This document shows, piece after piece, positions 38,081-49,630 of a stretch of DNA of 64,000 nucleotides. Where the stretch lies: positions 2,153,205 through 2,217,204 of the forward strand of contig MU053559.1 in the NCBI GenBank assembly GCA_013239625.1. The letters run 5' to 3'. The stretch is from Lama guanicoe (lineage: Eukaryota). The translations under genes and the position numbers were made by a program. The notes beneath the pieces were generated by a model. That model worked only from the letters and a program-made list of their open reading frames with translations. It was not told where the DNA came from and made no database searches. Numbering within the stretch: the first letter of the stretch is position 1; each line of letters starts with the position of its first letter.

Positions 38081-39174
38081 AGTCTATGGATGATTATAGT
38101 CCCTCTCAATTTTGTATTTATGAATTTCAACAGTTTCACTAATGAAATAGCTGCTCCAACCCAGGGATTTCCTACCTACTCCATGTTCCCCATTGTATTT
38201 TGCTATCAAATGCCTTCAACTAATCACACAATTTGCATCATCCTTGTACAAAGTAGAATGAAATTTATTCAGTAATAACATATCTTATTGAACATTTTTA
38301 AACTATATTTTGACATTTAAAATAATGATTTTTAAATCGTGGCATTTGGGGAAATCAAGTTTATTAACTTGTCAAACAGCCCAAAACATGGGCACTATAA
38401 ACAGTTGCGTCTATTAATTTTGATGGTTAAGTTACTCAAGTGAAGCTAAAGAATAGATAAATGATATTAAAATGAATTTTATACATCCAGATAAATATAG
38501 AAGTAAGTGAAATAAACATATTAGGGAGTTGAGCTGAAAGTAGGAACTCGGTAGAAAATTAGAAATGAGGCAATGTTTTCTCAGAAGGTGATAGTAAGAT
38601 GTGCTTCTCATAAACTTGGACAAGCCTGATGTAGCATGAAGTGGACTTTTCAAAGTCCAGAAAAAAATCAGTCTTATAGAGATCAACTTAAAGTGCAAGT
38701 TGCATCACTAAATAAAAGTGACCTTCTCTTAATTTTTGTGTAGATACAGCAAAGATCTAAGTCCAGTTTATGACCATTTGAGATCAGACTGTCAGAAAAA
38801 TCTAGAAAGACTTAGCAAAGCTAATCAGACCAGAATATGGGGAAGCATGCACACAGTGGATTCATGAGTTAAAGTTCTGGCTTCCTTTTAGTCTTGAATT
38901 CAGAAGCCTTCTCCCCTCCCGTCCCCTCCCCTCCAACCCAGGACTTACTGGGACAAAAGGAACTTTGGACAAAATGTGCACATCTATAGCAGTGGAGAGA
39001 GGACTTTTCCACCCTCAGGAGCTACCATTATAAAAAAGCACGCAGCACCTATAGGTTTGACCTGATTATAGCAAAATGTTCTGAGATTTCCTTTGAAAGA
39101 CACCTAGACTTTATAGAGGGAACAGATATTAAAAGTCTGTCTAACTCATTGACCATCATATCATAGTCATGCAA

Positions 39175-39400
39175 GAGAATGTCCTTTTTGGAAATACACT
39201 CTGAAGAATTTAAGATTTAAGGGACATGATGTCATCAACTTACTCTAAAATGGTTCAGGAAAAAAAATTACACACACACAGAGAGAGGATGATAAAGCAA
39301 AGGGGGCAAAATGTAAACTAGTAATGAATCAGGCTGAAAGGTGTATGAGAGACCCTTAAATTTGAAATGATATCAAAATTGAACATTTCCCCCAAAATGT
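39175..39400 (+). mobile_element. Ancient L1 3' UTR fragment (L1MC4/ME-like)
   Basis: CAACTTACTCTAAAATGGTTCAGGAAAAAA...GATAAAGCAA...GGCAAAATGTAAAC. Confidence 0.7.
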
Positions 39401-39842
39401 CTGTCTAAATCATATACTTTTCCTGGTCAGCCATGTAATCTACCTATAAAAATCACATTTGAGGGGTTTTTAACCTCAACTAGAATTCTACATATGAGGT
39501 TTCAAGTGACTTTATACATTGATTGAGAGCCACCACGTGTTCACAAAAGATTCATTATACTCATGGAAGCTCCAAGGAAAGGTCCTCTCTTTAATTATGC
39601 AAAGTTGAACAAACATTTTATCAGAAATAATTTTGGAGTTGCCTGTCGATAGGGCCAACTGTCCCCAGGAAAATGATGGCTTCTCTAAGCTAGAAAGGAA
39701 GGAGAAAGACGAATGGAGAAGAGCAATCTTAAGTGTCATTAGAAGATGAATCTTTAATTTTATAAATATTTGAAAGCTGAAAAGGTAGAAGAGAGAGGTC
39801 TAAGAAGAATCATGGTAAAGGCTGGAGATAAGAACGTATGGG

Positions 39843-39859
39843 AATAATAATTAATAATA

Positions 39860-39897
<38 letters not shown>
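39843..39897. repeat. (AAT)n microsatellite
   Basis: Directly visible. Confidence 0.95.
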
Positions 39898-39899
<2 letters not shown>

Positions 39900-40478
39900 A
39901 AGTCATTGTTGCTGGAGCTAGCCCTTAGTCTTATGTTCCAGATTGGCTAGTAGAAACTGTTTCTCCCTCACCGCCACCAGATGTAACCCATGAAGAGTGG
40001 CACTTAAAATAATTCTTGTTACATAAGAATGGCAAAACACGGGGTGAAAGAAGAAATATGTCCAAACCTGGTGAGAAAATGAGCCCAAAGACTGGTACAA
40101 TGTCTTTCAAAACAAAACACAGCAGAGGAAAATTGCCCATAATTTGTTTGAACTGGAATTTTAAACGCAGTGCAGCTTAATTTCTTTTCTTTGATGAAAT
40201 GTGTTTACTCTTGCTGGTATTTGCCCTTAACGATGAGAACATTTATCAAATGATAGTTCCACAGAGTGAAAAAGAACATAAGAATACGCACATTTCTCAC
40301 TGGAAAGGGCATGGTTTTTCTGTGACCTGGCCTCAAATGTCATATGTCAGCATTTCCACACTGTATGGGTTGAAGCAGTCTTGAAGGGAAGCCAGATTCA
40401 AGGGTCGGGTACAGAGGGGAGATCTGACGAAGAATTAATGACCATTTTTCACAATTGCCATACTGGATGAGAGACACT

Positions 40479-40911
40479 TGGGAGACAGGAGGGAAGGGGG
40501 CAGGGCACAACCATTGAAGGAATGACATAGCAGTTGAGGACAGGACAAACTGGTTACAACCAAGATGGCAGAAGATTTGACTTCCGGTAGACCTTGAGAC
40601 CCATGGCACACCCACAGGCGCCGTGACAGTTCCTAGGCTGACCATAAAAGGTCAAAAAAGTGGGCGGGGCCCAATTCCTGGAAATCCCCGCCCCTTCCCC
40701 AAAGTAGTCAGAATAACCCTCCTACTCATTAGCATATGAAATTACTGAGCCCATAAAACCTAACAACTCCACACCTCATGGTGGCTCTCTCTCTTGCCTT
40801 CTGAGACGGTCTATGGAGTGTGTATTTCTCTAAATAAACTTGCTTTCACTTTACTGTGCCTTGCTCTTGAATTCTTTCCTGTGAGATGCAAGAACCTATC
40901 CTCCAACAACA
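40479..40911 (+). mobile_element. ERV1 solo LTR, MER41-like
   Basis: TG...CA termini; hallmarks ACCAAGATGGC, GGCGCCGTGACAGTT, TTAGCATAT, CTATGGAGT, AATAAACTTGCTTTCACTTTACT and GAATTCTTTCCTGTGAGATGCAAGAACC match MER41; TSD not clearly resolved. Confidence 0.82.
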
Positions 40912-41009
40912 TTTGTGCCTCGGTGCTTCCTTCAGGTAGTCTCCACCCACCCTGATTTCTACAAAGGTGAGTTCACTGTCATTTCCAAGGGACATTCCTC
41001 AGTCAGCCA

Positions 41010-41253
41010 TTGTCTTGGTTTCAAACTTAGTGGCTTAGAAAAATACAAATTTATCCTTTTACAATTCTGAAGGTCAAAAGTCTGCTTCCCTCTTATAGGA
41101 GCCCTTGCGATTCCAGGCTCATCTCCCCATCTCAAGATCCTTAATTTATTTGCATCTGCGAAGTCCCATTTGCCATGTGAAATACAGCACATCCACAGGT
41201 TCTGGGGATTGGAATGTGGACATCTTTGTGGGGGTGGTTATTCTGCCTACCAC
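41010..41253 (-). mobile_element. MaLR LTR (MLT1C/D-like), internally deleted
   Basis: AAACTTAGTGGCTTA...TCTCCCCATCTCAAGATCCTTAA...GGGGTGGTTATTCTGCCTACCACA. Confidence 0.85.
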
Positions 41254-42002
41254 AGCCATGTTGAGGGAAGCAATAGATCATTTGCCTTTCTAACCCTGTG
41301 ATTATCATGTACCGCTTTGTAATGTGGACCTTATGATTTGTTGGCCAAAGAGAAACTCTTAAAGAAACCAGATGCAATGCCTGTTTCATTTAGCTTCTGA
41401 ATTTGTGATTAAAAGTTGGATGTTACTATCCATCCCATGACTATCGGCTTAATCCTGCCTTTAGAGTAGCTTGGCACAACTTCTAATTGTCAGGTGTAAG
41501 ATTCCTGATCGGATTTTCTAATTCGTCCCAGCAAAATTCTATAACAATGATCCAGACTTTAGCCCCAGTGCCTGACACAGAGTGAATTTTCCAGTAACGT
41601 GTGTTGGATATGAATTCTCTCTTTAGCAGGTGGTGCCTTTAAGTTGCAAAGAATAATCCGTAGACTGTTTTCTTGAGAGAGTGTTCACTTTCTGAGCATA
41701 ATCATTTGGTTAGTGAAGTTGGTAGATGGTGTTACGCTGTCACGTGTTAAAATAAAAGTGATTTCTAGACAATTGGCGGCAATCTGACACTGACCTCCTG
41801 CTGAAGTAAGCCTTTTTTTTCATATCTGGATCACAAATGATAAAACTCGCTACATATAAAAGGTCTTTTCCCAACAGTGTGTTTGTGAAGGGGAAGGTGT
41901 AAATATCTCAGCTAATTACAGGGAAGTTCTGATGTTGACTTTCAATTGCTCCTCACAAAAACCCTTGACCAGGTCTGGCTAAAGTAAACGTCCTTTTCCT
42001 TC

Positions 42003-42145
42003 TTTTTTTTTTTTTTTGTTGTTGTTTTTTGGAAGGGTAATTTGGTTTGTTTGTTTGTTTACTTAAATGGGGTACTGGGGATTGAATCCTGGACCTCGTG
42101 CCTGCTGAGCATGCGCTCTCCCACTGAGCTATACCCTCCCCCCTC
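42003..42145 (-). mobile_element. tRNA-Ala-derived SINE (Vic-1-like)
   Basis: GGGGTACTGGGGATTGAATCCTGGACCTCGTG...CTGAGCTATACCCTCCCCC with T-tail. Confidence 0.92.
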
Positions 42146-43039
42146 CAAATGCCCCTATTCTGATTTTGTGTGTATCTTCACCTTCTTTCTACTGATTGAA
42201 CATCGTGGCCAATTCCTGTCTCTACCCGTGCTGAGTCATGTTGCCCTACTCACTTTTTCTTGTTAGAACTGATAGGTGAACTGCAGGAAATTTTTGTTTT
42301 CCAGCTGCCAGTACTCAGAGTGGAGAATTCACATCATAACGTCTACATCGCTGATGGTTCTATACACTTGCTGATGGGGAGATACATGCAAAAATGGAAT
42401 CCTAAATGGATGGCTCCACATTCATTTTCCCTTTGGAAAAATTATGCCCATTCTCTGCCTGCATGGAAGGGTTTCATACATCAACCTAATGTTTAGCAGA
42501 AACAAACAACTTTCAGGCTGAGTTCTTTCTGATAAATGACCCTCTCAAAGCTAGAATCCCCGTAATTCTTATGCACATGCCCCACGTCAAAGCCACCATC
42601 TTATGTTGGTCTGTGAATGGTTGGTTATAAAAGCTACTTTTCCTTGAACACTGAATTTCCAACTGGTCAGGCAACTGGCCATGCCCAGTGGGGTTCCACA
42701 GGGCTGAAGAAACAGTGGAAAGTTTCTCATTCGAGATTTCAAGAGATGCAGAAATGGGAATCTGTAATAGAGAGCCAAGAATGTGCTAGAAAGCTAAAGG
42801 TCTAAGAAACTGGAAGAATCCAAAGTATGTCCTGAATGTCAAAGCTAGAAGCAGATCCAGAGACAGGAACCTAAGAAAGAGAGAGGAAAAAATGGAAATG
42901 GGTGGAAAATAGCAAATGGAGAGTATTCTGGAGCAAAGACCTAGAACAGGAGCTAATGTCCATGGTTTGCTTTTACATGCTGTTAAGAGCTGTGTATGGT
43001 GGGGAGTTTGGAAAGTTGTTAAATGTTCAGGTTATTCCC

Positions 43040-43505
43040 CATTTGCCCTTCCATTTTCATTCTCCAGCTTTTTTTTGCCCTGATTTGAACCCCTTCAGAT
43101 TCCATCACCCAGGTTCCCTTATTATATGGCTTCCAGTTGGGTTTGTCCAACAGAAAGCTCCAGGAAGAGATCTGAGAGCAGGAGGAGAGCAAGATCAGAG
43201 TATTTATTTGTTTCCGATTCCTACCCTACCAAGTTGCAGATGGGCAATGGCTGAGTTCTGCTGGAGCCTTGGCTCCTGACTAGTGGCTCTTTCCAACAGC
43301 TACAGGTATCACTGGGTTCCCACAATTTCTCTTCCCCGCTTTCCTAGTTAGGCCTAAGGATAATAGTAGCTTCTCATCCTTACTAAGTCCAAGGTGCTTC
43401 AGCATCCATTGCCGGTTCTCATTTCTCTGCTGTCACCTCTGTAAATATTCCCGTCTTCAGAATTCCATTTGAGTGTGCCTTCTGTTTCTTATTGCTGAAA
43501 CTCCA
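43040..43505 (+). mobile_element. ERVL LTR (LTR33-like)
   Basis: TGGCTTCCAGTTGGGTTTGTCCAA...GATCAGAGTATTTATT...AGGCCTAAGGATAATAG...TTTGAGTGTGCCTTCTGTTTC. Confidence 0.7.
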
Positions 43506-43718
43506 ACTTACAGTCTGTGAAATGGATATTTTCTAGAGTGGGCAAAAATTCTCAATGCTTCTGTGTGGTGTTGCTACCAGTTATGTAAGTCTGAATTCTG
43601 TGCTGTAAGTCACCCTTTCATGTGACTTGTGATGAGGAAGAAAATGCTTTATTTCTGCCTTTTAGTGGCTTATGGTCTGCTAAGATTACCAGACTGAGCA
43701 CACAAACTAGTATAACAC

Positions 43719-44391
43719 ACCATATGAACCAGCAATCCCACTCCTGGGCATATATCTAGAGAAAACTCTAATTCAAAAAGATACATGCACCCCAGTGTTC
43801 ATAGTAGCACTATTTACAATAGCCAAGACATGGAAGCAACCCTAAATGTTCATTGACAGATGACTGGACAAAGAAAATGTGATATATATAATGGAATACT
43901 ACTCAGCCATAAAAAAGAATGAAATAACACCATTTGCAGCAATATGGATGGACCTAGAGATTATCATACTAAGTGAAGTGAGTCAGAGAAAGACAAATAT
44001 CTTATGATATTACTTACATGTGGAATCTAAAAAAATGACACAAATGAACTTATTAACAAAACAGAAAGAGACTCACAGGCATAGAAAACAAACTTATGGT
44101 TAACCAGGGAGGGAGGGATAAACTGGGAGTTTGGAATTTGGAATTGGCAGATACAGACTACTATGTACAGAACAGATAAACAACAAGGTCCTACAGAATA
44201 GCACAGGGAACTCTATTCAATGGCTTGTAGTAACCTGTAATGAAGAGGAATTTGAAAAAGAATATATATGTATAACTGAATCACTATACTGTACACCAGA
44301 AACTAATACAACATTGTGAATCAACTATACTTTAATTTTTTAAAAGTTTTTAAAAATTAAAAAGAAAACCTCATGAGAAGAACCAAAACAA
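43719..44391 (+). mobile_element. L1 3' end
   Basis: ACCATATGAACCAGCAATCCCACTCCTGGGC start, L1 terminus, A-rich tail; TSD TAGTATAACAC at 43708-43718 and 44392-44402. Confidence 0.92.
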
Positions 44392-44634
44392 TAGTATAAC
44401 ACCACGAAGGAACTGCTATAGTACTGGTAAATGTAATGGGAGAATGGAAAAATTACCCAAGTTCACTTGGTGTTTTCAGGAAAATTCTCTATTGACAACA
44501 TGTGGAAGGAATCACTGCTGGATTGATGATCTATTAACTCCCCTTGACTTTGTAAAGCCAGAGATATTCTTTTCTCCCCAGCAGACATCTAAGCAAAGAT
44601 ATCTTTATCATATAAGCCCTTCCTGAGTCAAGCT

Positions 44635-45120
44635 TCTCTTTGGTCAGGTTCCCCAGAACAGAGACTAAGAAGAGAATTCAAGTAGATGTTATTAATGAAG
44701 GGGGTGCCCCTGGGAGAAACCAGTATAGGAATGGGGCAAGTTAGACAAGGAAGACGAAGAAGCCAAGAGTGTGAGTTCTGGTGATACCCCAGCCTCAGCC
44801 TAAACCTACAGGGAGCTCATGAGTGTAAATTGCATCTCAGAGTTGTTTCCTTTGTGGCAAGGGAAGGGGGAGCTTCCATATTTCTGTTCCAGTTAGTTAT
44901 TGCTTATGCATTGCCCAGGGTAGGGGGGTGGGTTGGGGAGCCACATAAGCTTCCCATCAGGTCCAGCAAAGTGGATCCAGGAGCCCGAGGGTGGGGCTCT
45001 GAAGACAGTTGCCCGTGAGAGTAGTTAGGAGCAAAGCATGTGGATGCTAAGGGATGGATATGTAGAATCCATAAAGAGCGTCTAGGGGATCTGACCAGAG
45101 CACGAGCATGATCTGCTACA
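44635..45120 (-). mobile_element. ERVL LTR (LTR16-like)
   Basis: GGTCAGGTTCCCCAGAACAGAGACT terminus; CCTACAGGGAGCTC...GTGTAAATTGCA. Confidence 0.6.
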
Positions 45121-45264
45121 GAGCTTTTCCAGAAACATATCTGCAGCTGCTTAACACACAGCTAGGCAAAATCCTAGGGAAAAATAAACAAGCACAACTT
45201 TCTTCATAGGTACATTTTTAGGTCCAGGAGGCTTTGGAAGAGCTCTTGAGTGACGCCTTGTATC

Positions 45265-45356
45265 TAAGGTGACCAACAGTATCCTAGGATACCAGATTTC
45301 CAGTGCTGAAACCTAGATGGCCCTGGGTAATCTGGGACCCAGGGTTGGTCACTCTA
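45265..45356. mobile_element. hAT-Blackjack MITE (MER81-like)
   Basis: TIRs TAAGGTGACCAAC (45265-45277) and GTTGGTCACTCTA (45344-45356); 8-bp TSD CTTGTATC/CCTGGATC (6/8 match). Confidence 0.8.
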
Positions 45357-45656
45357 CCTGGATCTGAAATGCCCCTCAAGGAAGGACTCTCAGGTGGTCT
45401 CACAGAAGACCTAACCCAAGCAGAGCCAGTTGAGTATAGGAAGGCTGCAGAGCTCTCCTGATAGAACACTCAGTGGTTTCAACAGTGGCACTGAGAGCAG
45501 GTGTCTGGAAATCTGGGAAGAAATTGAGGCTCAACAAGGGATGTAGGGCTGCAGAAGAGGATGGGAGAAGGCTTTGACTTTTATTGTCTTTCAAATACCA
45601 CAATGGCCTTTATCACCCAGGGCAGCATGGAGAGCCCTTCTCAAGATGCATTTCTG

Positions 45657-46294
45657 GCTTTTGGCTCAGAGGAGGCCAAGGTGCAACTTTCTTCTGTAGT
45701 CCCAAATCTGGGTTCATCCGACACCAGCTGCCTCCACCTCCACTATGCCACCTAGGTTTCACCCCAGCGAGATAAAAGTAGTCCATGTGAGGTGCACCAG
45801 TGGGGAAGACAGTGCCACACCTGCCTTGACCCTCAAGATCTGTCTCCTGGGTCTGTCTCCAAAAAACGTTGGTGATGACATCACCAAGGCAACTGGTGAT
45901 TGGAAGGGTCTGAGGATTACAGTGAAACTGTCCGTTCGGAACAGAAAGGCCCGGATCGAAACCATCCCTTCTGCCTCTGCCCTGATCATCAAAGCCCTCA
46001 AGGAACCACGAAGAGACAGAAAGAAGCAGCAAAACATTAAGCACAGTGGAAACATCACTTTTGATGAGATTGTCAACATTGCCCGACAGATGCAGCAGCG
46101 ATCTTTAGCTGGAGAACTCTCTGGGACCATTAAAGGGACCCTGGGACTGCTCAGTCTGTGGACTGCAATGTTGATGGCCACCACCCTCATGCCATCATAC
46201 AGGACATCAACAGTAGTGTGGTGGAATGCCCAGCAAGTTAAGAACTACAAAAAAAATTTAATAAAGGGTTATTTGACAACCAAAAAAAAAAAAA
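45657..46294 (+). pseudogene. RPL12: Processed pseudogene of 60S ribosomal protein L12 (uL11)
   Basis: Intronless; RPL12-like 5' UTR; ATG 45745 gives [13 protein letters not shown]...[15 protein letters not shown]...[18 protein letters not shown]; 1-bp deletion near 46144 shifts frame, and the native C-terminus VECPAS* (TAA 46239-46241) lies in the other frame; AATAAA 46260-46265, A13 tail; TSD AAGATGCATTTCTG (45643-45656) / AAGGTGCGCTTCTG (46293-46306). Confidence 0.96.
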
Positions 46295-46889
46295 GGTGCG
46301 CTTCTGAGGAAGACCTTGGTTCCCTGGGATACGAGAGGATGCTAAGATTCTCCTAAGCCTCATAGGAGTGGGCTGCGCTCTCCTTTGACCTTCCCTGGAG
46401 GCTTACTCCCAGATAAAATTCCCACAATAGTGCTTTCACACTCATTATTCTTCAGGGAGGAGATGAGGGAAAAGATGTTTGACATGAGTTTGGATTTTTT
46501 CTTTAAGTGTTACTGTGAACTCTATTGATGTGATAATAAATTTCCATTTAGCAATATTCTTGTTTAGCTTTGTTTCAAGTCTAATGTGAATGACGATGAG
46601 TAATAACACTTCAAATTATATCAATTTTCTATATGAGAAAATATGCCATTTTCATGCCATTTTTGTTTTTTGAAAAGGGAATCAAAGGGTGATTCATGAT
46701 TCCAGTTTTCAACTTATGTATGGGTTGAGAATTTTTCTAAAGAATGTTGTCATGATGATTTCACCCTGGATAAGCTGAAAATGTTTCAGAGTCAGGGTTT
46801 TGAGTTATTGAATTAGAGAGAAGTTTGTATGCAGGTGTCAATTGTAACTGTAAGAATCTTTTGAATTTAATGATTCCCCAGAGTGAGAA

Positions 46890-47010
46890 TGATGGTTCTT
46901 AATTCTAACTGCATGGGAAAAATATTTAGGGAGCTTTGAAATAATTCCAATCCCTGGACCCCACTCAAGATCAATGAAATCTGAATCGCTGGGGGTAGAG
47001 TCTGAGTAGG
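46890..47010. mobile_element. MER5-family hAT fragment
   Basis: GGTTCTTAA...GGGAGCTTTGAAATA...CCTGGACCCCACTCAAGATCAATGAAATCTGAATCGCTGGGG. Confidence 0.65.
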
Positions 47011-48049
47011 CGGGCTTCATGGACCCATGAAGTAGGCAGGGCCTCGTGACCCCGCCCACTTCCCCTGTCTCAATGCAGAGTTGCAAAAGGTCAAGTAGTG
47101 TTGAGTCTTGAGGGAAACAAACATCACCACGTCTACATCCAGGGTCAGGCAAAATAGGGATGGTCACTGCCTTTTTCCTGGTCCACTGCTCTTTGAGTCA
47201 ACAGGCTGAGAGACTGGCTTTCTTTGTACCCTCTGAGTCGGTGAGGTAGGAGAACAACCATTAGGTTTTCCTTTGAGCCAACGTGGATGCCCCAAGTTGT
47301 TCATTCTGGTAACCGATGGTGTATTTTTTTTTTCCTATTGCCCTGCGACAGATGTTTTCCTTCTTCCTCCCCATGCCTTTTCCCACTAACTATACACAGA
47401 TAAACTTTACCTATGAACTCCTTAATCTAACCTGTGGAGAACTTACAGGGTTTAAACACATCAATAAATACTTTTACTTCCAACAAAAAAAGGGGAGTCT
47501 CTGTATGAGACCCTTTGCAAGTCATCCACTAGCAGAAGTCTCTGAGCCATAGACACCAAAAGGTGTGATCTGACATTTGCAGGACAGAAGCTAGAGAGCA
47601 AAGAAGGCAGAAAACCCACAGTCCTAAGAGCCTTTCCTTATGGTCCTCACTCTCCAGGGCAGCCTTTGGCTGAATCTTATGTTCTTTGAATCACAGAATC
47701 CCTTCCTCCCCATCTTTACCATTGGAACATGGGCTACTGCACAGAAACCAGGGGAAGACAAAATTTATGCAAAACAAAAAGGTCTTGGGTGGACAAATCT
47801 TATGATTCAAAACTGATCAGGCATATCTTTGTTAATATATTCAGAAATAAAAATTGAGCTGATGAAAGGAAAGAAAACATGAAGTACCCATCATGAATGT
47901 TGGACACTACCTTTCATTCTGAGGTCTTTGCTTCCAAAGAATAAAATTAGTCAAAAAAAAAATGAACTGCCTTTCCTATCAATAAACAGGTGAATGCTTT
48001 GAACATTCTATTCCATGAAATATATGAAGTCATAATGTTTATATCAATC

Positions 48050-48300
48050 ACTCTTTCCACTAATATATATTGAGCACTTACCATGTGTCAGACACTGTTG
48101 TCAGTGCAGGGGCCACAGCAGTAAACACAATAGACAAAAATCCCTGGCCTCAGGGAATGTGTATTCCAGTGCAGAGATGTGGTCAATAAAAATAGATGAG
48201 GAAGAAAGAAAGGATGCTTGATGAAAACAGGTGAGACCGAGAAATATAAAGCAGGGAATGGAGGTGTTGGAGGTAGAAGGTCAGTGGGGTTGAGGGTTCA
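48050..48300 (-). mobile_element. L2 3' fragment
   Basis: TATATTGAGCACTTACCATGTGTCAGACACTG...ACAGCAGTAAACACAATAGACAAAAATCCCTGGCCTC. Confidence 0.8.
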
Positions 48301-48549
48301 GGTACCATCTAAATAATCACCTTGGTCTGGGGCACTGGGGAAGTTTTGTCCTCACTCTTGGCTGGAATTGGCTCCCTAGGGAATCAGAGTAGGTTTGGTG
48401 ACCTGGGACCCAACTGCTGAGTGGAACTTGCAGGGAAGGAGTCGGCCACCCTATTTATACCATCAAGTAGTTTAGTGGTTGATGGAATTTATGTGCATTG
48501 TAAAGACAAGAGATTTTTACTGAAGACATCGTAACAAAATACCACGAGT

Positions 48550-48667
48550 ATTGTAATAACCTATCGTGGAAAAGAATCTGAAAAAGAATATATGTACATA
48601 TAAGTGAACCACTTAGCTGTACACCTGAAACTAACACGACATTGTAAATCAACTATACTTTAATAAA
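48550..48667 (+). mobile_element. Short (~120 bp) L1 3' end
   Basis: TSD AAAATACCA(C/T)GAGT at 48536-48549 and 48668-48681; L1 terminus ACATTGTAAATCAACTATAC. Confidence 0.9.
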
Positions 48668-49082
48668 AAAATACCATGAGTCGATTACTAGTACATTTTA
48701 GACTTTTCTTCATAAGCCCAACTTAAAAAAAATCTAATATAAAAATTGTTTTTATTCGATTGTAATGCTTTGATTCCCGTTGTGGGCTATAGTTAAATTA
48801 CTCCTGCACATTTTCATGAAGAAATAAATCCAGGAGGCCTCAAGCAGCTCCTGACCGTGTCAAACGTTTTTCAAAAGTTTGTGCAGTCTAGGTATCAAGA
48901 TCCAACAACAGGCATACAGAGAATTAACTCCAGTTTTCCTTTCTTCAGAAAATTGACACTTTCTTTAGTATTCCTCCTGGCACTTCTGACTAAAGACTCT
49001 CTATTCATCTTCAAGTGGGGCCGACTTCTCTCAAATGTGTTGGGTTCTCTTTTATGGATAATATAACAAGGGGGAAGGATTC

Positions 49083-49145
49083 GTGATATTGACAAGTGGG
49101 GGGGGAATTGTGATATTGACAAGTGGGTGGATTTGTGATATTGAC
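49083..49145. repeat. Short tandem repeat, ~26-27-bp unit x ~2.4
   Basis: GTGATATTGAC occurs three times, each of the first two followed by AAGTGGG. Confidence 0.85.
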
Positions 49146-49193
49146 TATGGATTTATATTGGGATCTGTCTCAGGCATTTCTTTTTTTTTTTTA

Positions 49194-49478
49194 NNNNNNN
49201 NNNNNNNNNNNNNNNNNNNNNNNNNNNNNNNNNNNNNNNNNNNNNNNNNNNNNNNNNNNNNNNNNNNNNNNNNNNNNNNNNNNNNNNNNNNNNNNNNNNN
49301 NNNNNNNNNNNNNNNNNNNNNNNNNNNNNNNNNNNNNNNNNNNNNNNNNNNNNNNNNNNNNNNNNNNNNNNNNNNNNNNNNNNNNNNNNNNNNNNNNNNN
49401 NNNNNNNNNNNNNNNNNNNNNNNNNNNNNNNNNNNNNNNNNNNNNNNNNNNNNNNNNNNNNNNNNNNNNNNNNNNNNN
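49194..49478. other. Assembly gap (285 N)
   Basis: Run of N. Confidence 1.
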
Positions 49479-49630
49479 TTTTTTTTTTTTTAGGTTTTTT
49501 TTTGTGGGGGGGAGGTGGAGGAGGTAATTAAGTTTATTTATTTATTTAATGGAGGCACTGGGGACTGAACTCAGGACCTTCTGTACGCTAAGCACGCGCT
49601 CTACCACTGAGCTATACCCTGCTACCCACC
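49479..49630 (-). mobile_element. tRNA-Ala-derived SINE (Vic-1-like), tail running into the gap
   Basis: SINE head and tail in reverse; CAGGCAT at 49171-49177 and 49631-49637 is a candidate TSD across the gap. Confidence 0.9.

Noticed and set aside
45745..46356. Functional RPL12 CDS
   Set aside because: Intronless, with poly(A), TSD, a frameshift and many substitutions at conserved residues
49083..49145. CRISPR-like direct repeats
   Set aside because: Simple tandem duplication without unique spacers, in mammalian DNA, with no cas genes
49083..49527. ORFs spanning the N run
   Set aside because: Artefact of the assembly gap
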